The notes: generated by a model not told the origin, from the letters alone. Positions 30,136 through 40,914 are shown, numbered from the stretch's first letter. The stretch is 64,000 nt of DNA from Alphaproteobacteria bacterium (GCA_963555825.3 CAUVXB020000001.1:1408001-1472000), one strand, 5' to 3'. Numbers and translations are program-made.

Positions 30136-31572
30136 CTAACCCGGTTCACGGCTGCGTGAGATCGACCGCGCGGTCGCCTGTATGCGTTGCCAGGCATCGT
30201 CGACGTGGCGCTGCTCGGTCGAGGTCTGGCCGACGCAGAAGCGGATCGCGTAGGCGCCGTCGACGCGCGTGTGGGTAACGTAGAGCGCGCCGGACGCGTT
30301 GAGCTCGGCGAGCAGGCGCTCGTTGATGGCGTCGACGGCCGCCGTGTCATCGACGCCGGCGGGACGATAGCGGAAGCAGAACAGGCTGAGCCGGCAGGGC
30401 GTCAGGACTTCGAAGTCCTCGGTCGCGGCGACCTCGCGGGCCAGCCCCTGCGCCATCTCGATGTGATGGCGGATGCGCGCCTGCAGACCCTCGACGCCGT
30501 AGGCGCGGATCACGAACCACAGTTTGAGCGCGCGGAAGCGGCGGCCGAGCGGCACGCCCCAGTCGCGGTAGTTGCGCACCCGCCCGTCGGCCGCCGTCTT
30601 GAGATATTCCGGCAGGATCTCGAATGAGCGCAGCAGGGCGTCGACGTCGCGCACGAAATAGCCCGTGCAGTCGAAGTTGGTGAACAGCCACTTGTGCGGG
30701 TTGAAGACGAAGCTGTCGACGAACTCGATGCCGTCGAGCATCCAGCGCTGTTCGGGCAGGACGAGCGCGCTGCCCGCCCAGGCGGCGTCGACGTGCAGCC
30801 AGATGCCGTGGCGCCGGCAGATCTCGCCGATCGCGCGCAAGGGATCGAAGCCCGAGACGCCGGTACTGCCCAGGGTGGCGACGACGCAGCACGGCTTGCG
30901 GCCGGCGTCGATGTCCTCGCGGATCAGTGTTTCGAGCGCCTCGGGCCGCATGGCGAAGTCGTCGTCGAGCGGCACCTTGCGCAAATTCGCGCGGCCCAGG
31001 CCGGCGATGCGCGCGTCCTTCTCGACCGAGGAATGCGCCTCGGCCGCGCAATAGACGGTCAAGTCGCCCTCCCCGCCGAGGCCTGTCTCGTTGGCGCGGT
31101 CGTTGGTCGCCCGTTCGCGCGCGCCGATCAGCGCGCTGAGCGTCGCGGTCGAGGCGGTGTCCTGGATCACCCCGGTGAACGCGTCGGGCAGGCCGAGCAT
31201 GGCGCGCAGCCAGTCCATCACGCGGCTCTCCAGCTCGGTCGCGGCCGGCGAGGTCTCCCAGCTCATGCACTGGGCGCCGAGTGTCGCGGTCAGCATCTCG
31301 GCGAGCACCGAGGGCGGGCTCGAATTGGCCGGGAAATAGGCGAAGAACGCCGGGTGCTGCCAATGGGTCATGCCGGGCAGGACGATCGATCGGAAGTCGT
31401 CGAAGATCGCGTCCATCGCCTCGCCCGCCGCGGGCGGCGCGGCGGCTAGCCGCGCGGCGATGTCGCCCGGCGCGACCTGGGCGCGCACCGGGTAGTCTTC
31501 GACGTCGGCGAGGTAATCGGCCATCCAGTCGACGGCGTCGTGCGCGTGGGCGCGGAACTCTTCTGGGCTCAC
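30136..31572 (-). CDS. Group II PLP decarboxylase (aromatic L-amino acid decarboxylase-like)
   Basis: THWQHP.F.AYF, SPAATELE, HVDAAWAG, NPHKW and GRRFRALKLW motifs. Confidence 0.9.
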   Translation of the reverse strand: MSPEEFRAHAHDAVDWMADYLADVEDYPVRAQVAPGDIAARLAAAPPAAGEAMDAIFDDFRSIVLPGMTHWQHPAFFAYFPANSSPPSVLAEMLTATLGAQCMSWETSPAATELESRVMDWLRAMLGLPDAFTGVIQDTASTATLSALIGARERATNDRANETGLGGEGDLTVYCAAEAHSSVEKDARIAGLGRANLRKVPLDDDFAMRPEALETLIREDIDAGRKPCCVVATLGSTGVSGFDPLRAIGEICRRHGIWLHVDAAWAGSALVLPEQRWMLDGIEFVDSFVFNPHKWLFTNFDCTGYFVRDVDALLRSFEILPEYLKTAADGRVRNYRDWGVPLGRRFRALKLWFVIRAYGVEGLQARIRHHIEMAQGLAREVAATEDFEVLTPCRLSLFCFRYRPAGVDDTAAVDAINERLLAELNASGALYVTHTRVDGAYAIRFCVGQTSTEQRHVDDAWQRIQATARSISRSREPG

Positions 31573-31683
31573 GGTTGATCTCCCCTGGTTCGGCGCCGCG
31601 TGGCGCTGCGCGCCGGGCGCCTGTATTGTATAGTGACAGGGCGCGGCGCGCGCCGCGCGAAATTTTGCGCAGGTACCCGTTCC

Positions 31684-32298
31684 GTGGTCCATCGACTCGT
31701 TTCGATCTTGTGTCTGACCTTCGCCGTCCTCGGACTCGACCCGGGCGTCGTGGTCGACGAGGCGCGCGCGGCCGAGGAAAGCTCGGCCGGCAAGCTCCTG
31801 GTCGCGACGCCCGAGATGGGCGATCCGCGGTTCGCCGAGACGGTGATCTACATGGTAGCCCATGATGCCAAGGGCGCGATGGGCCTGATCGTCAATCGGC
31901 CGATCGGCAACATCGGCTACGCCGAGTTATTCGCCGGGCTCGGAATCGAGCCGGTCGAGATCGACGGCGCGACCGATCTTCATTACGGCGGCCCGGTCGA
32001 CGAGCGCCGGGGCTTCGCCCTGCATAGCGCCGATTTCAAGGGCGTGAGCACCCTGACGGTCGACGACAGGATGGCGATGAGCAGCCAGCTCGAGGTGGTC
32101 GGCGCGATCGCCGCCGGCGAGGGGCCGCGCGATGCGCTGATCGTCTTCGGCTATGCCGGCTGGGGGCCCCGTCAGCTCGACGGCGAGATCGAGGACGGCG
32201 GCTGGGTCATCGTGCCGTCGAACGACGAGTTGGTATTCGGCGCGGACAACGAGACCAAGTGGAAGCGCGCGCTCGCAAGCCACGTGGTCGATCTTTGA
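31684..32298 (+). CDS. YqgE/AlgH family protein with a signal-peptide-like extension
   Basis: GKLLVATP, GAMGLIVNRP, GGPV and GYAGWG..QL..E motifs. Confidence 0.85.
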   Translation: MVHRLVSILCLTFAVLGLDPGVVVDEARAAEESSAGKLLVATPEMGDPRFAETVIYMVAHDAKGAMGLIVNRPIGNIGYAELFAGLGIEPVEIDGATDLHYGGPVDERRGFALHSADFKGVSTLTVDDRMAMSSQLEVVGAIAAGEGPRDALIVFGYAGWGPRQLDGEIEDGGWVIVPSNDELVFGADNETKWKRALASHVVDL

Positions 32299-32433
32299 CG
32301 CGCTGCTGCGCGGCACAGCGGAATGGCGTATACTCGGCGTGTGCACAGGGGGTTCCAAGCAATTCGGCCCGGGCTGGGAGGGGTCGACGTGACGCTAATC
32401 CTTGGTATCGGGCGTCCAAGCAAGGGAACGACC

Positions 32434-32874
32434 ATGAAAGCCTTCCTCATCACCGTTGCGTTGGCCTTCTCCACGGCGAATTTCGCAGCCAACGACGCGC
32501 AGGCCGGCGTGAGTTTTCAATTCGGCTATGGCGGCGGTTACTACGGCCACGGCTATCACAGCGAGTACGGCTATCGCCACTACGGCTATCCCTATTACGG
32601 TTACCGGCGCTACGGATACCGGCCGTACGGATTTCGGCGCTATGGGTACCGGAGTTTCCTGTATCGGCACGGCTATCCGACTTACGAATACGACGAGCCA
32701 GCCTATTCGCCGCCGCCCGCCACGGCCGCGCCGGTCCAGCAGGCGCCGGCGCCCAGCCAGCCCGAACCCTACTGCCGCGAATACACCAGGGAGATCGTCA
32801 TCGACGGCGTGACGCAGACCGCCTACGGCACCGCCTGCATGCAGGCCGATGGCAGCTGGCGCCTGGTCAATTGA
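32434..32874 (+). CDS. Exported Gly/Tyr-rich protein with a 17-kDa surface-antigen-like C-terminus
   Basis: Signal peptide (AQA|G), YG repeats, YCREY...AYGTAC.Q.DGSW. Confidence 0.8.
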   Translation: MKAFLITVALAFSTANFAANDAQAGVSFQFGYGGGYYGHGYHSEYGYRHYGYPYYGYRRYGYRPYGFRRYGYRSFLYRHGYPTYEYDEPAYSPPPATAAPVQQAPAPSQPEPYCREYTREIVIDGVTQTAYGTACMQADGSWRLVN

Positions 32875-32894
32875 TCGCCCCAGCCCGACGAGTT

Positions 32895-33233
32895 ATGGCG
32901 TATGCGTGGCGAACAGCGGTGTTCGTGGCGTTCGCCTGCGCGGCTGATATCGCGCCGGCTAGCGCCGCATCTGAATGGATGCTCATGGGCCGTCACGGCG
33001 GCTGTGTCTCGCTGTCGGACGCCGCCCAGCGGAAGGAAATTTTCGGCGGCGTCTCGACGCCCGACCGGTTGATCGAAAAGTTCCGGCACGAAGACGCCGC
33101 AACCCGGGTCAACGACACCGACGTTGGCGGTGCGCGGGTCGTTGAAATCACCTCCGCCAAGCTCGGGCTTGCTGTCGTCGTCGTCCCCCGAAGCCTGTGT
33201 CAAAAACTCGATGGCGCCGGCTCGTCCAACTAG
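32895..33233 (+). CDS. Hypothetical exported protein
   Basis: Signal peptide ending ASA|A, a Cys pair in the mature part, typical codon usage. Confidence 0.55.
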   Translation: MAYAWRTAVFVAFACAADIAPASAASEWMLMGRHGGCVSLSDAAQRKEIFGGVSTPDRLIEKFRHEDAATRVNDTDVGGARVVEITSAKLGLAVVVVPRSLCQKLDGAGSSN

Positions 33234-33850
33234 CCCCCGCGGCGACCCGACATTGGCTCTGGTCGGCGCTGTCTTCGCTCGCCGTGTTGGCCGCCCTGCA
33301 TGCGACGGCGCATGCCGAGGTCCGGCACATGAAGGTCAACCTCAAGTACGTCTACTACGATATTCAGGGCAGCACGGCGCGCGAGCTGTACGACCAGATG
33401 GACCGGCGCGGCCCGGCGATCGACAGCAATTCCGGCCTCCGGGCGATCGGCATGGCGATGGCCAAATACGACTGGGCCGCGAAGTGCATCTGCAAGGGCA
33501 GTCGGTGCCACCTGAAGGTCACTAAATTCGTGCTCAGAGAAACCATCGTCCTGCCGCGCTGGACGCCGCCGCGTGGCACCTCTCACCGTCTGGTGTCGAG
33601 CTGGGGCCAATTCGCGACGATGGTCAAGAAACACGAGCTGACCCATCGCGACATCGACGTGCGCGTCGGCAAGGACCTATTGCGTAAGCTCAAGTTGATG
33701 AAACCGAAGTCGTCCTGCAAGAAGATCCAGTCGGCCGCCACCAAGCTGGAAAAGAAGAAACTCGCCGAGCGGCTCGGCAGCGACCACGAGCGCTTCCACC
33801 GGGAGTTCTGTACCAACGCCGCGCGCAACCCCTACCGACTGGTCGACTGA
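33197..33850 (+). CDS. DUF922-like predicted secreted Zn-dependent protease
   Basis: YYDIQG.T..EL, LPRW and HELTH motifs; signal peptide. Confidence 0.75.
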   Translation: MSKTRWRRLVQLAPAATRHWLWSALSSLAVLAALHATAHAEVRHMKVNLKYVYYDIQGSTARELYDQMDRRGPAIDSNSGLRAIGMAMAKYDWAAKCICKGSRCHLKVTKFVLRETIVLPRWTPPRGTSHRLVSSWGQFATMVKKHELTHRDIDVRVGKDLLRKLKLMKPKSSCKKIQSAATKLEKKKLAERLGSDHERFHREFCTNAARNPYRLVD

Positions 33851-34847
33851 GCGCGAACATCATCGCCGGACGGCGCGCGGAAATTCAAGGAACGCGCGGT
33901 TCCGGCCCGCTTCGCCAGTCGTTCGCGTCGAGGCTGCCTTGCATCTTTGGCGGTTGCCAAACGACGGCCGGGCCGGCAGGCTCATCCTGGCTTGCAGTGT
34001 CGGAAGAGGATTGTCGGATCATGTCGGATGGCAACGGCGCGACGATCGAGCAATTGGTGGCCCGACAACGGCCGGGCTTCACGCTGGAGCAGCCTTTCTA
34101 TATCGACCGCGAGGTCTTCGATTTCGACCTCGAGCGCATCGTCATGCGACAGTGGCTGTTCGTCGACCACGTCTCGCGCATTCCCGATGCGGGCGATTAC
34201 ATCCTGTACAAGATCGCCAGCGAGGAAATCATCCTGGTGCGTGACGCGGCGGGCACGATACACGCCCACTTCAACGTCTGCCGCCACCGCGGCTCGCGCA
34301 TCTGTCTCGAAGCCGCCGGCAACATCAAAAACCTGACCTGCCCGTATCACGCCTGGACGTATGCGCTCGACGGCAGGCTCACTGCGGCGCGGCGCATGCC
34401 GGACGGTTTCGACGCGGACGACTATCCGCTGCACCGCTGCCACCTGCGCATCTATCAAGGACTGATGTTCATAAATCTCTCCGAGGGCGCGCCGACCGAC
34501 TTCGACGTCATCGCCCGCAACCTCGACCCGTTCGTGGTCCCCCACGGCATCCCGCGCACCAAGATCGTCCATGTCGAGCGCTACCCGACCGACGGCAACT
34601 GGAAGCTCGTGGTCGAGAACTTCCGCGAATGCTACCACTGCCAGCCGGCGCATCCTGAATACACCCGGGTCAACGCTTATGTGCGCGCCAACGATGCCGA
34701 TCCCGACGGCTATGCCGAAACGATCGATTTGTGGGACGAAAAAACCGCGGCGATGGGCCACATGGTGGGCAGCGTCCACGACAACACCGATCTGCCCGAG
34801 CAGCCGCACGGCGCGTTCCGCCAGCCGATCCGCGAGGGCTATCTAAC

Positions 34848-36501
34848 GGGTGCGAGTCTCGCATGGCAGTGATGTCTGCGGCTTGGTTCGTTGAGTTCAG
34901 GCAGCGATTGCCATGGCTGCTGCACGTGGACTGATGTTGTCGTTGGCCGGTGTGTCGGTTGCGCTGATCAGGGCCTTCCATGCCCGCTCGAAGCGGCCGG
35001 ATTTGATCAGGGCGCGGAAGGTCAGAACAGCCTGTCCGCCGACGATCCGCCAGCGCATGCCGGAGCGCTTCATGCGCTGTGTCACCAGGGTCTTGTTGGC
35101 AGCTTCGACCACGCCTGAGCCGATGGCGATGCCCTCTTCCTTCAGGGCGTGGTAGCGCATGCGATGGCGATGCTTGCGGAAGAAGGCGAGTTCCCGCTCG
35201 GTCTCGGCCCGGTCCGGCGCAGCGGCGGCATCGCGAAGGTGGCGCAGCGCCCGGATCACCTTGGCGACGCCACGGGGATCGTGACGGAGGATCTCGCGGT
35301 ACTTCTCGAACCAGCCGGGCGCCACGGCATGGTCGGACGCGGTTTGCAGATGTTCGCAAGCATGCCAGAAGTCGATCACCTCGGTTTCGGGCGACAGGGT
35401 CTCCAGGAAGGTCCAGTTGTCGGCGGCGCCATCGGCGATAGCGACGATCCCGATCTCGGGGCGTGCTCGCCTGATGTGTGCGACTTCGCTTGCAAGCTGC
35501 GCCTTCAGCGTGAGCTTGCCGCTCTCCGGCATGCGGCCGAGATAGAGGGTCTTCAGGCGCTTGCCCTCGGCGTCGTGGAAGGAGACCGTGCCGCAGGCAG
35601 CCTCGCGCCAGGAGGCCTTGGCGCGACCGTCCTCGCCGGGTCTCAGCGGCACCATGACGCCGTCGAGGGAGACCGAGGCGGTGGTCGCGTCCTGCGGTAT
35701 GCCCTCGGCCTCACGGATGCTGCCCAGCGTCTCCGGGCCGAGGCTCTCCCAGCATTCGTGCATGCTCAGGGTCAGGCGCTGCAGGGTGCTCACCGACGGC
35801 GTCATGGCGCCGGTCTTCGCAAAGAACGCCGCCGCTTCCCGGGCCGTGCAGTGACCCATCATCAGCAGACCGAGCTCGGCCGCCGGCCGCGTCAGGTAAT
35901 CGTCGACGAGGCCCAGGCTCTCGTCGACCGGCACCGGCGATGCCCCGCTCGCGCCGCTGCGGTAACGCGCTCGCCGGTAGGTCACCGGACCGAGCGAGGT
36001 CATGATCGTCTTCGGCGTCACCGCGACCCGGAACCAGCTCTGCCCGTCCCGCTCGATCCGGGAAGCGCCATCGTCCCGGTTCTCGATGACGGCGCCCATG
36101 ACATCGCGAGCGAACTCGTTCGTGGCCTCACGCACCCGCAACTCGACCTCCTCGGGCGCCTCGGGGCGCGGCTCGGAACGAAGCTCCTCGCGACACAGTG
36201 CGAGCACCCGGGCGGCCGCCTCGACGACCCGAGGAGGCAGGCCGGAAAGATCGATGGACGAAGGCGCCGGAGGCGGGGATACTGCCATGGGAATGCTCCC
36301 GATGTTGGGTTTCGAGACACGGCATCGTACCGCTTCTGGCGGTGCGGAGCGTTCCCACCTTCCCCTGCTCGACCCTGCCGTCGTAACAAAATCCTGCCTT
36401 GGAGCGGCCCATTGTCACGAATAGCCGATTTCGGCCGTTCGTCTCGACACAAAAAACGCACTAAATCAATGACTTAGATTTTCCATACCAGACCCACACC
36501 C
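34848..36501 (-). mobile_element. ISKra4-like insertion sequence, copy 2 (inverted relative to copy 1)
   Basis: Same TIRs and 1654-bp length; 8-bp target duplication TATCTAAC. Confidence 0.9.
34897..36288 (-). CDS. ISKra4-like transposase
   Basis: Protein identical to 9605-10996. Confidence 0.9.
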   Translation of the reverse strand: MAVSPPPAPSSIDLSGLPPRVVEAAARVLALCREELRSEPRPEAPEEVELRVREATNEFARDVMGAVIENRDDGASRIERDGQSWFRVAVTPKTIMTSLGPVTYRRARYRSGASGASPVPVDESLGLVDDYLTRPAAELGLLMMGHCTAREAAAFFAKTGAMTPSVSTLQRLTLSMHECWESLGPETLGSIREAEGIPQDATTASVSLDGVMVPLRPGEDGRAKASWREAACGTVSFHDAEGKRLKTLYLGRMPESGKLTLKAQLASEVAHIRRARPEIGIVAIADGAADNWTFLETLSPETEVIDFWHACEHLQTASDHAVAPGWFEKYREILRHDPRGVAKVIRALRHLRDAAAAPDRAETERELAFFRKHRHRMRYHALKEEGIAIGSGVVEAANKTLVTQRMKRSGMRWRIVGGQAVLTFRALIKSGRFERAWKALISATDTPANDNISPRAAAMAIAA

Positions 36502-37096
36502 TATCTAACGCTCTCGAAGGGTGGCAAGCAGGTCGGTCCGCTGATCGGCGACTTCGAGCGGTTCGACGGCGGTGAGATGATGGCCTTCTTCGGCCCGCTA
36601 TTTTATGTCTACGCTGCTAACGACCACGTCTGCCTGTTCCGTTTCACGCCGATGACGCCGACCCATACCGACGTGGTCCTAACCTGGCTCGTCCACGAGG
36701 ACGCGGTCGAGGGCGACGACTACGCGGTCGATCCACTGAAGTGGATGTGGGACGTCACCACAGTGCAGGACACGCGCATCATCGGCAACAACCAGGCTGG
36801 CGTGAACTCGCGCCGCTATTCGCCGGGTCGGTATGCCAAGCGCGAACGCTTCACCGCGGCCTTCACGCGGTGGTACCTCGAACAGCTCGGCGGCGCGGCG
36901 GCCTCGGAGGACACACACGTCGAAGCCCAGTGTAACGACTGACAACGCGGTTCAGTGGCCGTGCATCGGGTGGGTTTGCACGTGTATTGCGCCGCTGATA
37001 CCATATCGGCACGAAAATAAGCCGTCGGAGCGGCGGGCGTCGCCTGACGCCGATGCATCTGACGAACAATTGCACAGACATGGAGGGACAAAGGCT

Positions 37097-38218
37097 ATGC
37101 ACGTCCAGAGGAAACTTAACGTCGAGAAACTGCTCAAGAAAATCCGGCAGGGCAAAATCAGCCGGCGCGAGTTCGTCGCGACCGCCGCGGCGGCGGGCGT
37201 CGCGATAGTGGCTACGCCGGTCGGCACCGCCCCCGCCAGAGCCGCCGGATCGCTCAATTACTTCACCTGGAGCGGCTACGAGGTGCCCGAGTTGCACCAG
37301 CCGTACATCGACAAGCACGGCGGTTCGCCTGATTATTCGATCTTCGCGTCGGCCGAGGACGGCCTGGTGAAGATCAGGGGCGGCTACGATCCGGATCTCG
37401 CGCATCCTTGCATCGACAATGTACGGAAGTGGTTCGATTCGGGCATCCTGGCGCCGATCGACACGTCGCGCCTGTCACACTGGGACGACGTGTTTCCGTC
37501 GTTGAAATCCATGGAAGGGTCGACCATCGACGGTGAAACCTACATGGCGATCACCGATTTCGGGCTCTCCTCGATCATCTATCGGACCGATATCTACGAG
37601 GGCGAAGAGACCTGGAAAATGCTGTTCGATGAAAATTATGCCGGCCGCATCTGCGCGCGCGGCACCTATGTCAACCTTTCGATCGCGCTGAAGATACTGG
37701 GCGAGGACATATTCTCGCCGTCCGACGCGGCGCTCGAGAAGGCGGGCGAGATGACGCGCATGCAACGCCCGTTGACGCGCTTCTATTGGGAAAGCCAGAC
37801 CGACATGGAGCAGGCCATCGCGTCCGGCGAATGCGTCATGGCCTATGCCTGGAACGAGGCGCTGGTGAACCTGCGCGAACAGGGCATTCCGGTCGCCTTC
37901 GCCAGTCCGAAGGAGGGCGCGTTCGGCTGGGCCTGCGGGATCGTGCGGATCAACTCGGGCACCGGTGACGAGCAACTGGGATACGACTTCATCGACGCCT
38001 GGATGTCGCCCGAGGCCGGCAAGTTCCTGATCGAGTCCTACGGTTACGGCCACGGCAACCAGAAGTCGTTCGAGCTGGTCGCGCCGGAGACGCTCGAAGC
38101 CTTGGGCTACACCGACCCGGTCGCGCTCATGGCCGGTACCACGTTCTTCATCACCCCCGACCCCGAGGCCGACCAGAAGATGCTGCGACTCTGGGAAGAG
38201 GTCATCGCCGGCATGTAA
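37097..38218 (+). CDS. PotD/PotF-like ABC substrate-binding protein with a Tat signal
   Basis: SRREFV twin-arginine motif; FTWSGYE, PKEG and FIDAW motifs. Confidence 0.85.
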   Translation: MHVQRKLNVEKLLKKIRQGKISRREFVATAAAAGVAIVATPVGTAPARAAGSLNYFTWSGYEVPELHQPYIDKHGGSPDYSIFASAEDGLVKIRGGYDPDLAHPCIDNVRKWFDSGILAPIDTSRLSHWDDVFPSLKSMEGSTIDGETYMAITDFGLSSIIYRTDIYEGEETWKMLFDENYAGRICARGTYVNLSIALKILGEDIFSPSDAALEKAGEMTRMQRPLTRFYWESQTDMEQAIASGECVMAYAWNEALVNLREQGIPVAFASPKEGAFGWACGIVRINSGTGDEQLGYDFIDAWMSPEAGKFLIESYGYGHGNQKSFELVAPETLEALGYTDPVALMAGTTFFITPDPEADQKMLRLWEEVIAGM

Positions 38219-39379
38219 TACCAACGGCACTAATTATTGACCTGAAATCGCCCAATCTCTCATTCCGATGGACATGATCGTCTCGGGCTGGTCGATTAGT
38301 TTGTTCCAGGCTTGGCAACCGGCCTCGATGATGGCGTCGTAATCTTCGAAGACGCGGTTAGAGAGCCAATTCTGGCGGAGGTATTGCCAGATGTTCTCGA
38401 CCGGGTTCAGCTCGGGCGAGCGCGATGGCAGCAGGATGATGGTGAGGTTCTTGGGGACCTTGAGCTGGTCGGTGCTGTGCCACCCGGCGCGGTCCATCAG
38501 GACGACGCCATGGGCCTTGGCGGCGACGTTGCAGCTGATCTCGTCGAGATGCATCTGCATGGCGGCTGTGTTGGCGAAGGGGAGCATGAGAGCGGCACCC
38601 TTGGCTCCCATGGGACAGATTGCGCCAAAGAGGTAGGCGTTCGTGTAGCGCTGATCGGCGGGCAGGCGTGGCCTTGTTCCCTTCTTCGCCCAAATGCGCA
38701 CACGCCCGTTCTTCTGTCCCAGCCTGGCCTCGTCTTGGAACCAGATCTCGACCCGCTTGGTCTTGGGCAGACCGGCTAGGTGGGCAGCGAGCGTGCGGGG
38801 GAAGTTTTTTTGAACGCCTCGATCACCCGCTGGTCCTGCTTGGGGTGCTGCGGCCGGGCGCTGATGTGGGAGAAGGACAGCGCGACGAGAAGGTCGGAGA
38901 TCGCCCGCTCGCTATAGATCACGCCAAAGCGTTCTTCGATCACCCGTTTCAGGTCAACCCGCCGCCAGCGAACCACACCGTCAATCTCTGGATCGGGGCC
39001 CGTTTCGACGATCACCGACAGTTCGCCCATCTGCTCGTCGGTCAAGAGCCGGGGGCGGCCCGCACCGGGACGGTTCTTCAAGCCGTCTGCCCCTTCATCG
39101 TTGAAGCGGTGCGCCCAGTCTCTCAGCGTCTGGCGATCCATGCCGCCGACCTTAGCGGCTTCCGCTCGGCTCATGCCGTCGTAAACCGCCGCCAAGGCCA
39201 AAAGCCGGCGAACTTGGCGGGGATCGCGACTGTGCTTGGCCAAACACCGGAGCTCAATGCTGTCGTAGTCGTCCCGAAGAGCAATGCATACTGACATGGC
39301 GAATCTCCTTCGCCAGCCTTGAATCACATCCAGCCCAAAAAGGGAATCCCTTGCGAGTCAGAATTTTGCGCCGTTGGTA
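38218..39379 (-). mobile_element. IS630 family element (two ORFs, -1 frameshift type)
   Basis: TIRs TACCAACGGC...GCCGTTGGTA; TA(A) duplication at the stop codon of the SBP gene. Confidence 0.9.
38234..39297 (-). CDS. IS630 transposase (orfA 39297-38776 + orfB, joined at the A7 run 38805-38811)
   Basis: GMDRQTLRDW HTH; WFQDEAR, MDRAGWH and SPELNPVE motifs. Confidence 0.9.
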
Positions 39380-39410
39380 TAAGCCGACCCGATAAAAGCA
39401 AACCACGGTT

Positions 39411-39446
39411 GGGGCGCGGCGCCGATACGGGGCCGCGCCCCTCTTT
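39411..39446 (+). terminator. Rho-independent terminator-like hairpin
   Basis: GGGGCGCGGC...GCCGCGCCCC followed by TCTTT. Confidence 0.55.
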
Positions 39447-39476
39447 GTCAACCGCGAAACTCGAGATAGGACGATC

Positions 39477-40889
39477 ATGACCGATCCGGCGCTCGCATAC
39501 ACGCCCGCCACCGAACTCGCCCGGCGCATCCGCGCCAGGGAGATTTCGCCGGTCGAGCTGATCGACCACGCGCTGGCCCGCATCGACGAGGTCGAGCCGA
39601 CGATCAACGCCTTTTGCCTGACCTGTCCCGACGAGGCGCGCGAGAAGGCGGTGGCCGCCGAGCAAGCGGTGATGGCAGGCGACGATATTGGGCCGTTGCA
39701 CGGCGTGCCGATCGCCTTCAAGGACCTGACGGCGACCAAGGGCATGCGGACGACCATGGGCGGCTCCTACATGTTCGAGAACCACGTGCCCGACGAGGAT
39801 GCCGCCGTGGTCAGCCGCCTCGAGGGCGCCGGCATGATCGCGCTTGGCAAGACGACATCGCCCGAGTTCGGTTATTCGGGTTTTACCCAAAGCAAGATGT
39901 GGGGCGTGACGCGCAACCCGTGGAACCTAGACCACACGCCGGGCGGCTCGTCGGGCGGCGCCGCGGCCGCGGTAGCGAGCGGCTGCCTGCCTTTCGCCGA
40001 AGGCTCCGACGGCGGCGGTTCCGTGCGCATCCCGGCGAGCTTCTGCAATCTCGTCGGCCTCAAACCGAGCATCGGGCGCGTCCCCTACACCGGCGCGGTC
40101 AACCCGTTCGACACCTTCAGCCACCACGGGCCGCTCTCGCACACCGTCGACGACGCGGCGATGTTCCTGAAGCTCACACAAGGCGCCGACGAGCGTGACG
40201 TGAAGTCGATCCCGACGCTGATCGACGTGCCGGTCCCGCTCCCCGCCGACGTGCGCGGCATGCGTCTCGCACTCAGTCTCGATTTCGGCTGTTATGCGAT
40301 CGACACGGAGATCGAGGCGAACACCCGCGCGGCGGCCCAGGCGCTGGCCGACGCCGGCGCCGAAGTCGAGGAGATCGACCTCGGCTGGCCCACCGAGAAC
40401 CTCGCCGCCTTCTATACCTTTTGGGACGTCCGCTACGCCTATCGCTTCGCCGATCAGATCGAGGAATGGGGCGACAGGATGGATCCGCTGATCGTCAAGG
40501 CGGTCGAGCGGGCGCGCGACTTCGGCGTCGCCGAGCTTCTCGACTTCGAGCGCGTGCGCACCGTGATGTGGCGGAAGCTCGCGCCGGTGCTTCAAGACTA
40601 CGACGCCATGCTGTGCCCGACCGCGTCGGACCCGGTGCCGCGGGTCGACCAGAGCGATCCCGATTACGACCGCATCGACGCGAACGGCCGGCTCCACGGC
40701 TACATGACCTGCCAGTTCAACATGATCTCGCAATGTCCGGTTCTGACCGTGCCGACGGGATTCTCGGCGGGCAATCTGCCGACCGGCATGCAGATCGTTG
40801 GCCGGCGGTTCGATGACCTGGGTGTTCTCAGGATCGGTGCGGCGCTCGAATTAGCTCGGCCATGGGCTGGCCGTCATCCCGCCATCTGA
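39477..40889 (+). CDS. Amidase signature family protein
   Basis: LHGVPIAFKD, GGSSGG and GSDGGGSVRIPA motifs. Confidence 0.92.
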   Translation: MTDPALAYTPATELARRIRAREISPVELIDHALARIDEVEPTINAFCLTCPDEAREKAVAAEQAVMAGDDIGPLHGVPIAFKDLTATKGMRTTMGGSYMFENHVPDEDAAVVSRLEGAGMIALGKTTSPEFGYSGFTQSKMWGVTRNPWNLDHTPGGSSGGAAAAVASGCLPFAEGSDGGGSVRIPASFCNLVGLKPSIGRVPYTGAVNPFDTFSHHGPLSHTVDDAAMFLKLTQGADERDVKSIPTLIDVPVPLPADVRGMRLALSLDFGCYAIDTEIEANTRAAAQALADAGAEVEEIDLGWPTENLAAFYTFWDVRYAYRFADQIEEWGDRMDPLIVKAVERARDFGVAELLDFERVRTVMWRKLAPVLQDYDAMLCPTASDPVPRVDQSDPDYDRIDANGRLHGYMTCQFNMISQCPVLTVPTGFSAGNLPTGMQIVGRRFDDLGVLRIGAALELARPWAGRHPAI

Positions 40890-40914
40890 GACGGCGGTTG
40901 GTATTCGCTGAAAA

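Larger units (their letters stand above)
34021..36942 (+). pseudogene. Rieske oxygenase alpha subunit (GbcA/stachydrine demethylase-like) interrupted by an IS
   Basis: NVCRHRG...CPYH and NWK...ENFRECYHC..AH motifs; REGYLT rejoins LSKGGKQ after the duplicated TATCTAAC. Confidence 0.9.

Noticed and set aside
32520-32700. Possible CRISPR or tandem DNA array
   Set aside because: Degenerate TACGGC/TATGGC codon repeats of a Tyr/Gly-rich protein, with no constant repeat-spacer period; no CRISPR array or cas gene seen in the window
9392-36501. Composite transposon or inversion bounded by the two ISKra4-like copies
   Set aside because: Each copy has its own matched target duplication, so they are independent insertions
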